This document shows positions 36,189 through 44,851 of a stretch of 64,000 nucleotides of DNA, one piece after another. Below the pieces are notes generated by a model. That model saw only the letters and a program-made list of their open reading frames with translations, did no database searches and was not told the origin of the DNA. Every line of letters begins with the position of its first letter. Position 1 is the first letter of the stretch. The DNA is from Thermoplasmata archaeon. GTDB lineage: Archaea; Thermoplasmatota; Thermoplasmata; RBG-16-68-12. The stretch is taken from contig DATESQ010000026.1 in the NCBI GenBank assembly GCA_035283985.1, forward strand, positions 644 through 64,643. The letters are read 5' to 3'. The position numbers and the translations under genes are program-made.

Positions 36189-38123
36189 ATGCATATACCC
36201 GTTCCTCATCATTCGGCAGAGCACCAGAAGGGCGCGATGGCGGTCCCCTCCACGTCCCGGGCGCTTGCGCCGCGAAGGCCGGCTTGGGTCGAGTCGTGGT
36301 CTCACAAGGTGACGACGGCCGAGGCCGCGGTTCGGCGGGTCCGGAGCGGACACCGGGTGTTCATCGGGAGTGGAGCGGCCACGCCCCGGAAGCTTGTTGA
36401 GGCTCTGTGCGCGCGGTCGGCAGATCTCGCGGATGTCGAGGTGATCCACATCATGACCTTGGGGGCCGCGCCATATTCCTCCCGCGCGCTCGAGGGTCAC
36501 TTTCGACACGCCGCGTTGTTCATCGGTTCCAACGTCCGCGAGGCGGTCCAGGCGGGAGATGCGGACTACATTCCGGTTCACCTGTCCGATGTGCCGCGTC
36601 TCTTCCGGTCCCGGCAGAGACCCATCGACGTGGCGTTGATTACCGTGAGCGAGCCCCGGCCGGATGGGACGTGTACGCTCGGCGCGTCCGTGGATGTCGT
36701 TCGCGCTGCGGTGGATTCGGCAGACATCGTGATTGCAGAGGTGAATCCCCGGATGCCGGAGACGTCGGGGGACGCCGTCGTGCGGGTTGAGGACCTCGAT
36801 GGACTCGTGCCCCACACGGCGGAGCTCCCTGAGCTGCCCCGGGCTTCCGTCGACGCGATCGCGAAGCGGATCGGCAAGCACATCGCCCGCTTAATCGAAG
36901 ACGGTTCGACGATCCAAGCAGGGATCGGGTCAATCCCTGATGCGGCGTTGGCCGCGCTCTGCGAGAAGAAAGACCTCGGTGTCCACACGGAAATGCTCTC
37001 CGACGGTATGATTGACTTGATCGAACAGGGTATCGTCACGAACACGCGAAAGGCTCTCGACCCTGGGAAGACCGTCACATCGTTTGTCCTCGGAATGCGC
37101 CGCGCGTACGACTTCGTCGATGGGAATGCGGATGTCCTGTTCCGCTCGACGGAGTACACGAACAATCCGGAGATCATCGCCCGCCAACCACAGATGGTCG
37201 CGATCAACGGGGCCGTCGAGGTCGACCTCACGGGGCAGGTGTGCGCGGACTCAATCGGGCCAACGTTCTACAGTGGGTTCGGCGGCCAAGTCGACTTCAT
37301 TCGCGGCGCCGCGCGCTCCCCGGGTGGACGGCCGATCATCGCGCTCCCGTCCACGGTCCACGCAGACGAGATTTCGCGAATCGTCCCTCGGCTGACCCCA
37401 GGAGCTGGGGTTGTCACGAACCGGGCGGATGTCCGCTTTGTCGTCACGGAGTACGGCGTCGCGGATCTTCACGGGAAGTCAGTACGCGAGCGGGCGATGG
37501 CGCTGATTCAGATTGCACATCCACGTTTCCGGCCATGGCTCATGCGGGAGGCGAAGGCCGCGCGGCTCGTGTACCCGGATCAACGGGAACCTTCCGAGGC
37601 GGGGCCTCTTTATCCGGAACAGTGGGAGGGCTGGATCACGGCGCGCGATGGGACGCGCGTGTTCCTTCGGCCGGTGAAGCCGCAGGACGAGGATCTCGTG
37701 AAGGAATTCTTCTATGGGCTCTCCCCCGAGACGATCTACCTGCGCTACGCGGGGATACGAAAAACGATGCCCCACGAGGAGCGACTTCGACTCGTGAGCA
37801 TCGACTATGAATCGGAGATGACGTTGGTCGCGGTGACGATGGAGGAGGGACACGATCGAATCGTCGGAATTGGCACGTACATCGTGAACCCTGGGACGAA
37901 CGAAGCGGAGACGGCGTTCATGGTCGCGGATGCGTTCCAAGGGAGGGGAATCGGGACGTCCCTGTTCCGCAGGCTTGCGGACATCGCGCGGACGAAGGGA
38001 CTTCGATCCCTCGTCGCGTATGTTCTCCCCGATAACCTCTCGATGTTCCGAGTCCTCAAGAAGTCCGGGCTCTCGATCCGGGCCGACGAACAAACGGGTC
38101 GGGTCGAGGCGCTCCTCGGCTGA
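36189..38123 (+). CDS. acetyl-CoA hydrolase/transferase-family protein (Cat1/4-hydroxybutyrate CoA-transferase-like) fused to a C-terminal GNAT acetyltransferase domain
   Basis: Residues ~20-480 match the CoA-transferase family (..HRVFIGSGAATP.., ..TEMLSDGMIDL.., ..EVDLTGQVCADSIG..). C-terminal ~160 aa is GNAT-like (..FMVADAFQGRGIGTSLFRRL.. acetyl-CoA P-loop). Alternative start 36237. Confidence 0.75.
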   Translation: MHIPVPHHSAEHQKGAMAVPSTSRALAPRRPAWVESWSHKVTTAEAAVRRVRSGHRVFIGSGAATPRKLVEALCARSADLADVEVIHIMTLGAAPYSSRALEGHFRHAALFIGSNVREAVQAGDADYIPVHLSDVPRLFRSRQRPIDVALITVSEPRPDGTCTLGASVDVVRAAVDSADIVIAEVNPRMPETSGDAVVRVEDLDGLVPHTAELPELPRASVDAIAKRIGKHIARLIEDGSTIQAGIGSIPDAALAALCEKKDLGVHTEMLSDGMIDLIEQGIVTNTRKALDPGKTVTSFVLGMRRAYDFVDGNADVLFRSTEYTNNPEIIARQPQMVAINGAVEVDLTGQVCADSIGPTFYSGFGGQVDFIRGAARSPGGRPIIALPSTVHADEISRIVPRLTPGAGVVTNRADVRFVVTEYGVADLHGKSVRERAMALIQIAHPRFRPWLMREAKAARLVYPDQREPSEAGPLYPEQWEGWITARDGTRVFLRPVKPQDEDLVKEFFYGLSPETIYLRYAGIRKTMPHEERLRLVSIDYESEMTLVAVTMEEGHDRIVGIGTYIVNPGTNEAETAFMVADAFQGRGIGTSLFRRLADIARTKGLRSLVAYVLPDNLSMFRVLKKSGLSIRADEQTGRVEALLG

Positions 38124-38138
38124 GTCCCGCCGATTCGG

Positions 38139-39335
38139 TCAGGTCCTCGAACCGGTGGACCCCGCCTTCACGGACGGGCGGAACTTCTCTACGATCTGCA
38201 AGCCTTCCCTGGGGTAGAACTTCGAGTAGAACTCGACGTAGTGGAGCCGGAGCGCTTGGATTCCGACGGTCGCGACGGCGAGGACGAGCACGAACCCGTG
38301 GCCGATCACGAGGAGGAAGCCACCCGCGATCCAGCCGCCAATCCCGAGCGGGAACAAGGAACCGATGATGATCGTGTTCACCGCGCCCGCGAGCGCGCTC
38401 TTCGCGATCCCGATGACCGCGAGCCGGAGGTACGAGAGGATGTTGCTCACGAAGCTCGGGACCTCGACGATGTCCGTGAGGCCCCCGCCCCACGCGATGA
38501 GGCCGACCGCGAACGCCATGATCCCGATGCCGACATACCAATACTCCGCGAGCGCGAGGCCCGCCATCCCGATCATCAGGATGAACACACCCTGCTCGAG
38601 GATGATCCAGCTGATCTTCCGGAGGAACGCGACGCGGAGGCCTTGCCGCTTCTTGAGGGCTCGGAAACCAATCAGGAGGCCGATGTTCACATGCGTCGCG
38701 CCGACCACGACCGCAAGGATGAACAGGGTCAGGAGGTCGCCACTCCGGTGGACGAACGGGTAGCCGGGGACCCACGGAGAGATTGACCATCCGAACACCT
38801 CTCCGAACAGGAACAGCCCGAAGCCGATCGACCACGCACCGCCGAACGTGAGGAGGGAGCGGGCGAGGCGCGCGAGGGGCGTCTTGAACCAGCGGCCGAT
38901 GAGCCACGAGGCCGCGAAGAGCGCGACGCCGTACCCCGCGTCTCCGATCATGAGCCCGAAGAAGAGGGGCATGAAGAGGAACGTCGCGAACGTCGGATCG
39001 TAGTCGTCGCGGCCCGGCATGCCGTAGAGCTCGACGAGGAGTTCGTACGGCCGAGCAAGAGGGATGTTCCGCAAAGCCGACGGTCGCGTCGTGACGGCGG
39101 CATCGACATCCTCGTCGACGACGACGGCGACGCGGCCCTGGGAGGACTCCTCGACCACGGTGCGAAACTCGGGGACCCACGGCCGCGGGAGCCACCCCTC
39201 GATGACGAAGTAGTGCTCCCCCCGCTCCGCGTTCACGACTTGAAAGCAGCGCATCGCGGAGATCGCATCCTCTGCGAGGGGCCGCGCGTCATGGACGCCG
39301 ACGACGAGGGCCTTCACGAGCGCGAGGAGGGCCAT
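38139..39335 (-). CDS. A/V-type ATPase subunit I (a-subunit) homologue with short N-terminal domain, stand-alone
   Basis: About 398 aa from MALLALVKAL.. Membrane domain with ..YDPTFATFLFMPLFFGLMIGDAGYG.. and the conserved stator Arg in ..SNILSYLRLAVIGIAKSALAG.. Normal subunit I is ~650 aa. No other A-ATPase genes in the window. Confidence 0.6.
   Translation of the reverse strand: MALLALVKALVVGVHDARPLAEDAISAMRCFQVVNAERGEHYFVIEGWLPRPWVPEFRTVVEESSQGRVAVVVDEDVDAAVTTRPSALRNIPLARPYELLVELYGMPGRDDYDPTFATFLFMPLFFGLMIGDAGYGVALFAASWLIGRWFKTPLARLARSLLTFGGAWSIGFGLFLFGEVFGWSISPWVPGYPFVHRSGDLLTLFILAVVVGATHVNIGLLIGFRALKKRQGLRVAFLRKISWIILEQGVFILMIGMAGLALAEYWYVGIGIMAFAVGLIAWGGGLTDIVEVPSFVSNILSYLRLAVIGIAKSALAGAVNTIIIGSLFPLGIGGWIAGGFLLVIGHGFVLVLAVATVGIQALRLHYVEFYSKFYPREGLQIVEKFRPSVKAGSTGSRT
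38163..38199. repeat. direct repeat copy B, inside the 3' coding end of the ATPase subunit-I-like gene
   Basis: CGCCTTCACGGACGGGCGGAACTTCTCTACGATCTGC. On the minus strand it encodes ..QIVEKFRPSVKA.. of gene 38139-39335. 2,119 bp downstream of copy A. Confidence 0.8.
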
Positions 39336-39336
39336 G

Positions 39337-40197
39337 TCACCGCACCACCAGAGTTGACACGGTCGAGTTCCGGAGCACCTTGTCCGCAACACCGCCGACA
39401 TAGTCGAGCGCGAGGTCGCTCCGGCCCCGGGCGCCGAGGGCGACGAGGGTGTGGCGGGAGGCCGCCTTCACGATCTCCTCTGCGGGATGGCCATAGCGGA
39501 GGTCCCGCACGACCGCGAGGCCGCGGTCCCGCAGCGCCTTTTCCGTCTCAAGGAGGAACGGCTCCGCGGGCGAGGCGGCGAGGGTGAATGCGCCCTCCGG
39601 CCGCGATGGGATGATGAACGTGACGGTGACCTTTGATTCGAGCTTCGATCCGAGGATGCCAACGAGATCTGCGGCTCGGCGGGAGTCTTCGGAGCCATCG
39701 AGCGCGAGGAGGATCCGCGGGAACGGGTCCGCGTCCTTCACGACGAGGACGGAGCAGGGGGCAAGCATCGAGACCTGGTACGAGACGGAGCCGAGGAGCT
39801 GGGCTCCCCGCGTGTTCAGCCCGCGGCATCCGACCGCGATGAGGTCGATTCCGTTCTTCTTCGCGTAGTCCGTGACCTCTGCGGCGGGCACGCCGTGTGC
39901 CACCGCCGTGTTCGCCTCGAGGCCTGCGGCCTCGACCGCCTTCGCGGCGTCTTCAACGATCGCCTCGCCGACGGACGACAGCTTCCGCAGGAGGGGTTCG
40001 AGGAGTTCCGTCTGGCCGGCGTACTCCTCGAGCTTCGGGACGACGTGGAGGACGTGGATTCGCGTGCGGAACATCCTACCGAGGCGGATCGCGGCCTGGA
40101 GAGCGGCCCTTGAGAGCTCAGACCCGTCGAGCGCGACGAGAATCTCCGATGGACCGGCCGCGGTCTTCACGATCCTCTGAGGGTCGCCGCGGGCCAT
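39337..40197 (-). CDS. tandem universal stress protein (2x UspA domains)
   Basis: 286 aa, two repeats each with ..ILVALDGSE.. and ..GS[VT]S..V.....CSVLVV.. motifs. Its stop lies 1 nt from the downstream ATPase-I-like start. Confidence 0.8.
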   Translation of the reverse strand: MARGDPQRIVKTAAGPSEILVALDGSELSRAALQAAIRLGRMFRTRIHVLHVVPKLEEYAGQTELLEPLLRKLSSVGEAIVEDAAKAVEAAGLEANTAVAHGVPAAEVTDYAKKNGIDLIAVGCRGLNTRGAQLLGSVSYQVSMLAPCSVLVVKDADPFPRILLALDGSEDSRRAADLVGILGSKLESKVTVTFIIPSRPEGAFTLAASPAEPFLLETEKALRDRGLAVVRDLRYGHPAEEIVKAASRHTLVALGARGRSDLALDYVGGVADKVLRNSTVSTLVVR

Positions 40198-40276
40198 TCA
40201 GCCGTCACCATGTAATGTATGTACGGTTCCGAATGGCGGGAAGGCCCCGGTGCCTCGCACGGAGTAGGAATGCCTC

Positions 40277-40948
40277 GTGCCTTTTAAGAGGCGTGCGACG
40301 GTTCGTCCCCATGTGCTCGAGGCGGTGCTCTCCGTCTCCCTTCCGAACTGTTGGATCACGAACCTCGCGCCCCGCCATGGCATCGAGATCCGCGTGATCG
40401 ACCGGAAGGTCATCGGCGGGGATCGGATGAAGGAACTCTTCGAGGCGCAGGTTCCGCCGGAGACGATTCCGCAGCTCATCGAGGACATCCGAAAGGCCGA
40501 GGGGGTTCGGAACGTCGAGGTCGTGAGTACGGAGAGCGGTCGCCTCGTCGGGATCACGTACGCTTCGAACTGCGGCGGGTGCGCGCTCCTCGCCCGCTCG
40601 GACTGCTTCATCGCCGGAGCCGTGGCCCGGAAGGAGCCCGCAATCGAATGGAACCTCGTGTTTCGGGACCGAGAGAGTCTGCGTCGGCTCGTGTCCCGGC
40701 TCGAGAGGAACGGCTACGCCGTGAAGCTTCTCCGCCTCGCCTCGGTTCGGGAATCGGTTCCGCTCACGCGCCGGCAGGAGGAGATCCTCGCGGCGGCGCT
40801 CGAGCTCGGCTATTTCGACTATCCGAAGCGGATCCGGCTCGGGGACCTCGCAAGACGGCTCGGCGTCTCGAAATCGACCGTGTCTCAGGTGCTGCGCAAG
40901 GCGCAGACGAAGGTCGTCACGGCGTATTTCGAGAACCGGCCGTCCTAA
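40277..40948 (+). CDS. HTH_10 (Bat-like) family transcriptional regulator
   Basis: 223 aa. C-terminal ..LTRRQEEILAAALELGYFDYPKRIRLGDLARRLGVSKSTVSQVLRKAQ.. is the archaeal HTH_10 signature. Confidence 0.7.
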   Translation: MPFKRRATVRPHVLEAVLSVSLPNCWITNLAPRHGIEIRVIDRKVIGGDRMKELFEAQVPPETIPQLIEDIRKAEGVRNVEVVSTESGRLVGITYASNCGGCALLARSDCFIAGAVARKEPAIEWNLVFRDRESLRRLVSRLERNGYAVKLLRLASVRESVPLTRRQEEILAAALELGYFDYPKRIRLGDLARRLGVSKSTVSQVLRKAQTKVVTAYFENRPS

Positions 40949-40995
40949 CGTGTTCGGCAGAAACTATAGAGAGAGGCGCGGCCCTCGAGGTCTCG

Positions 40996-41493
40996 ATGGC
41001 CTTCGTCCCGCTCTCAAAGCTGAAGGTCGAGGACCTCATGTCCGCGCCCCTTGCGGTCTCGTCGACGACGAACGTTCGTGACGCGGCGATCCTCCTCGCG
41101 CGCGCCGGGGTGTCCGCGATTCCCGTCGCCTCGCCCGCGTCCAAGTACGAGGGCCTAATCGGGGACCTCGCGATCGCGGCAAAGCTGAGCGATGCGACAC
41201 GCGGCTTCTACTCCCCCGGGGAGATCCGGGCGGGCGTCCCGTTGATGGGGGAGCCGATGCCCGACCCGATTTGGAAGGAGTTCCGGAGGATTGGGTGGAT
41301 GTCGGCGTCGGAGGTCGCGTGGCCGATCCCGCCCCTCCGGCCATCGGATTCCCTGCACTCCGCCCTCGAGGCGATGCGCCGCTATTCCCTTCAATCGATG
41401 CCCGTCGTGGCGAACGGCCGGATTCTTGGAATTCTCTCGCTGGACGCGCTCACCCTCCGCCTCCTCGAGATCGCGCTGTCCCCCGAGGGATAA
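40996..41493 (+). CDS. CBS-domain pair protein
   Basis: 165 aa from MAFVPLSKLKVEDLMSAPLAV.. Two CBS motifs (..GVSAIPVAS.. and ..SMPVVANGRILGILSLDAL..). Confidence 0.7.
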   Translation: MAFVPLSKLKVEDLMSAPLAVSSTTNVRDAAILLARAGVSAIPVASPASKYEGLIGDLAIAAKLSDATRGFYSPGEIRAGVPLMGEPMPDPIWKEFRRIGWMSASEVAWPIPPLRPSDSLHSALEAMRRYSLQSMPVVANGRILGILSLDALTLRLLEIALSPEG

Positions 41494-41567
41494 ACGGCCG
41501 CACTAGTTCGGCGGAACAAGCATTGCGGGATCGACCCTTGTCGTTGCGAGCCAGCGGAGCGGATTCG

Positions 41568-42602
41568 ATGGAAGGACGAGAGCCGTTCATCTGCGGCCAG
41601 TGCGGCGTCGAGTGCGATCTTCGATTTACGTACGACCTCGAACTCGAATCGGGCGTCTACGCGATTGAGTGGTTCCACTGTCCCGTGTGCCGCGGGGACT
41701 TCTTGAACTCGCCGGAGCTTCTGACGGGAGAGGAGCTCATCACCCCGAGCCCTGACGCGGTCGGACCTGCGCGTGAGGCCGTACTCTGTCACGGAACGCA
41801 GGTCAAGGACAGCGCGGAACCGGGCGGTCATTCCCTCGAACCGCTCATTGAGACCGTGCTCGCCGACGGATTCGCCGACGCAGCGATCCTGCCGGACTAC
41901 GGGCGTCAGGCGGGAGCCCTCATCGTCACGGACCCGGAGGAGGTGGGCGAGCTCCGCCGTGCGTGGGCGACCCGGGGCCGGTCGTTCTTTGTGAACGCGG
42001 GGCTCGAGGCGAACTTCGACTTCCTGCTGGAGCTCGAGCGGTTCGCGCGACAGGATGGCGGGAACCACCCGAGAATCGCCGTCGCTGGAAAGCCGTGCCA
42101 TGTGTACGCCGCGCGCCGCGCGAACATGGAGCGGATTGCGCCAGGATACGAGGTCCGCCTCGCCCTCGGCCTGTTCTGCTACGGGAACGTCCAGCCTCTC
42201 GGATCGACGGCGATGCGGTTCCGCGAGCTGACCGGGCTCAGCCCGACGGAGATCCGGGGGATTACCGCCACGGCCGGCCTCGTGCGCGTCGTCGGTTCGG
42301 ACCGCCGCACGATTGAGCTCCCTCTCAGTGATTTCGCGTCCTTCCTGCACAGGTCGTGCTTGAAGTGCGTGGATTTCACGGTGCCCTGGGCGGACATGTC
42401 CCTCGGCGAGAGCCCGCAGATTGAGGGATTCGACGTGGCGATCGTTCGCACCGAGGCCGGCGAGAAGCTTTTCCACAGGGCCCTGGACACGGGGCGGCTC
42501 CGGGTGTGGTCGCCGCCGTGGATGACCCCGGAGGGGGACATCCCGAAGATTCTCGCAGACCTCACGGCCGTGAAGCGGGCGGTTGCCACGCTCGACCGAT
42601 GA
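41568..42602 (+). CDS. FrhB/FdhB-family protein (coenzyme F420 hydrogenase/dehydrogenase beta-subunit-like) with N-terminal zinc ribbon
   Basis: 344 aa from MEGREPFICGQCGVECD..CPVCRGD (zinc ribbon). ..IAVAGKPCHVYAARR.. resembles the family's GTPCQ motif. C-terminal ..SCLKCVDFTVPWADMSLGE.. resembles the C..C.D....ADIS.GD motif. Assignment by recalled motifs only. Confidence 0.5.
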   Translation: MEGREPFICGQCGVECDLRFTYDLELESGVYAIEWFHCPVCRGDFLNSPELLTGEELITPSPDAVGPAREAVLCHGTQVKDSAEPGGHSLEPLIETVLADGFADAAILPDYGRQAGALIVTDPEEVGELRRAWATRGRSFFVNAGLEANFDFLLELERFARQDGGNHPRIAVAGKPCHVYAARRANMERIAPGYEVRLALGLFCYGNVQPLGSTAMRFRELTGLSPTEIRGITATAGLVRVVGSDRRTIELPLSDFASFLHRSCLKCVDFTVPWADMSLGESPQIEGFDVAIVRTEAGEKLFHRALDTGRLRVWSPPWMTPEGDIPKILADLTAVKRAVATLDR

Positions 42603-42682
42603 GTTCGCCGAAATCCGCGCGGAGATGAGGCGAAGATGTTCGGGGAAACGGATACGGACCGCCGCGGCCGCTGAGGGATTGG

Positions 42683-43945
42683 ATGTCGGGCCAGACCCTC
42701 GCCGAGCGGATCCTGAGCGACACGTTGGGCCGTCCCATGCGCGCGGGCGACATCGCGATCGTCCCCGTCGACCTCGCGTACGTCCAGGACGGGACCGGAC
42801 CCCTGACGTTCCGCCAGATGGAGTTGATGGGCCTTCGGAAGGCCGCGAACCCGGGCAGGACGATCGCGTTCATCGATCACGCGAGCCCGGCACCGCGAAA
42901 GGAGCTCGCGACGGACCAGGTGTACCTGCGGGAGTTTTCCCGGGAATACGGCATCGTGCTTAGCGACGTCGGTGGCGGGGTCTGCCACCAGGTCGCGTTC
43001 GAGTCGTTCGTACGGCCCGGGGACGTCGTCGTCGGCGCGGACTCCCACACCGTGATGGGCGGGGCGATGGCGGCGTTCGCGACGGGGATGGGCTCCACGG
43101 ACGTCGCGGTCGCGATCGGACTCGGGAAGACGTGGCTCCGGGTGCCGGAGACGACGCGGTTCGAGGTCGACGGCGCGTTCCCGAAGCGGGTCTATTCGAA
43201 GGACCTGATCCTGAAGGTCCTCGGCGACATCGGCTCCGACGGCGCGACGTATAAGGCGATGGAGTGGAGCGGACCGGCGATCGAGGCGATGCCGATGTCG
43301 GAGCGGATGGTCCTCACGAACATGGCCGTCGAGGCGGGTGCGAAATGCGGGCTCATCGCCTCCGATTCGGAGACCGCGCGGTACCTCGGAAGCGTGGGCC
43401 GCGAGGCGGACTGGACGCCCCTCGCCGCCGATCCCGATGCGTCGTACGGCGGGGTGCGGGACATCGACGTGTCCGCGGTCGAACCGATGATCGCGAGGCC
43501 GCCGCAGGAGGACAACGTCGTCCCCGTCACGGACCCGAGCGTCCTCGGTCTCAGGGTCGACGAGGTGTACCTCGGCTCGTGCACGAACGCCCGCTTCGAG
43601 GACATCGCTGTGTTCTGCGGAATCCTGAAGGGCAATGAGGTTGCGAAGGGGACCCGTCTGTTCGTGACGCCCGCCTCGAGGGACGTCTGGGACAAGTGTC
43701 TCCGGGCGGGACTGTTCAATGTCCTCCTCGACGCGGGGGCGGTGATCAACTCGCCAGGGTGCGGCGCGTGCCCCGGCGTCCACGGCGGAATCCCTGGCGA
43801 CGGCGAGGTCGTCCTCAGCACGACGAACCGAAACTATACGGGGCGCATGGGGAACCCGAACGCGTCCGTGTACCTCGCGAGCCCCGCGACGGCCGCCGTC
43901 GCGGCGATCTATGGCGAAGTTGTCGATCCGCGGGACGTGCCGTGA
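42683..43945 (+). CDS. leuC: 3-isopropylmalate/homoaconitate dehydratase large subunit (aconitase family)
   Basis: 420 aa. Fe-S cluster cysteines (..LGSCTNARFED.., ..NSPGCGACPG..). LeuC/HacA-type. leuC vs hacA cannot be distinguished from sequence alone. Confidence 0.85.
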   Translation: MSGQTLAERILSDTLGRPMRAGDIAIVPVDLAYVQDGTGPLTFRQMELMGLRKAANPGRTIAFIDHASPAPRKELATDQVYLREFSREYGIVLSDVGGGVCHQVAFESFVRPGDVVVGADSHTVMGGAMAAFATGMGSTDVAVAIGLGKTWLRVPETTRFEVDGAFPKRVYSKDLILKVLGDIGSDGATYKAMEWSGPAIEAMPMSERMVLTNMAVEAGAKCGLIASDSETARYLGSVGREADWTPLAADPDASYGGVRDIDVSAVEPMIARPPQEDNVVPVTDPSVLGLRVDEVYLGSCTNARFEDIAVFCGILKGNEVAKGTRLFVTPASRDVWDKCLRAGLFNVLLDAGAVINSPGCGACPGVHGGIPGDGEVVLSTTNRNYTGRMGNPNASVYLASPATAAVAAIYGEVVDPRDVP

Positions 43946-44451
43946 TGGGCCGCGCGTGGAAGTTCGGGGACAACGTGTCGACGGATCAGATCGCGGCGGG
44001 TCGGTACTACCACCTCCGGTCGAACCTGCCGGAACTCGCGAAGCACGTCCTCGAGGACGCGCGAACCGAGTTCGCATCGGGCGTGAAGCCCGGCGATTTC
44101 ATTGTCGGCGGCCGGAACTTCGGGAAGGGGTCGTCCCGCGAGCACGCCGTGATCATCATCAAGATGGTGGGGACCCGCGCAATTCTCGCAAAGTCGTTCG
44201 CGCGAATCTTCTACCGGAACTGCATCAACAACGGACTCCCCGCGATCGTCGTTGACACGGACCGGATCGATGAGGGAGACGACCTCGACGTCGTCCTTGA
44301 TCGGGGCCTCGTGAGCGACGGGACGAAGAGGGTCGAACTCTCGTTCCCTCCGTTCCCAGCGGTCGTCGCCCGCCTCCTTGCCGAAGGCGGGCTCGTCGAG
44401 TTCATCAAGCGCCACGGCGACCTACCGACAACATCGCGAGGCGTAGCCTGA
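43945..44451 (+). CDS. leuD: 3-isopropylmalate/homoaconitate dehydratase small subunit
   Basis: 168 aa from MGRAWKFGDNVSTDQIAAGRYY.. TGATG overlap with the large-subunit stop. Confidence 0.8.
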   Translation: MGRAWKFGDNVSTDQIAAGRYYHLRSNLPELAKHVLEDARTEFASGVKPGDFIVGGRNFGKGSSREHAVIIIKMVGTRAILAKSFARIFYRNCINNGLPAIVVDTDRIDEGDDLDVVLDRGLVSDGTKRVELSFPPFPAVVARLLAEGGLVEFIKRHGDLPTTSRGVA

Positions 44452-44469
44452 GGGCACTCGCGTCGAGGC

Positions 44470-44847
44470 CTACCCCTTCAGGGCGTCCGCGATCGCCTCG
44501 AAGATGGGGGGCCACATCAGGATCGTCGCGATCAGCATCCCGACCAGGAAGACCCCGAACCACCGCCGGAGGTCGAGCTCGCGCTTTCGCAGGGTGAAAT
44601 GGAGGAACGGCCAGCTGACGAACCACGAGGCGAACAGGAACACCTCCTTCCCGCTGTACGGCCCGATCCCGCTGTGCAGGGTGATCCAGGTCCTGAACCC
44701 GCCGTTGACGTCCGCGGCGATGTTCGTGATCGCGAGGGCCATCAACCCGATCCACGCCGCGAAGAGCGCAGCGACAATCACGCCCGTGGGGAACCGCAGT
44801 TCGGTTCCCTCCTCCGGGACCGGCTCCTCAACGTGTTCCGTGTCCAT
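44470..44847 (-). CDS. small membrane protein (hypothetical)
   Basis: 125 aa from MDTEHVEEPVPEEGTELRFPTGVIVAALFAAWIGLMALAI.. 3 TM. Upstream part of the track ORF is low-complexity Ser/Arg shadow. Confidence 0.45.
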   Translation of the reverse strand: MDTEHVEEPVPEEGTELRFPTGVIVAALFAAWIGLMALAITNIAADVNGGFRTWITLHSGIGPYSGKEVFLFASWFVSWPFLHFTLRKRELDLRRWFGVFLVGMLIATILMWPPIFEAIADALKG

Positions 44848-44851
44848 CGGA

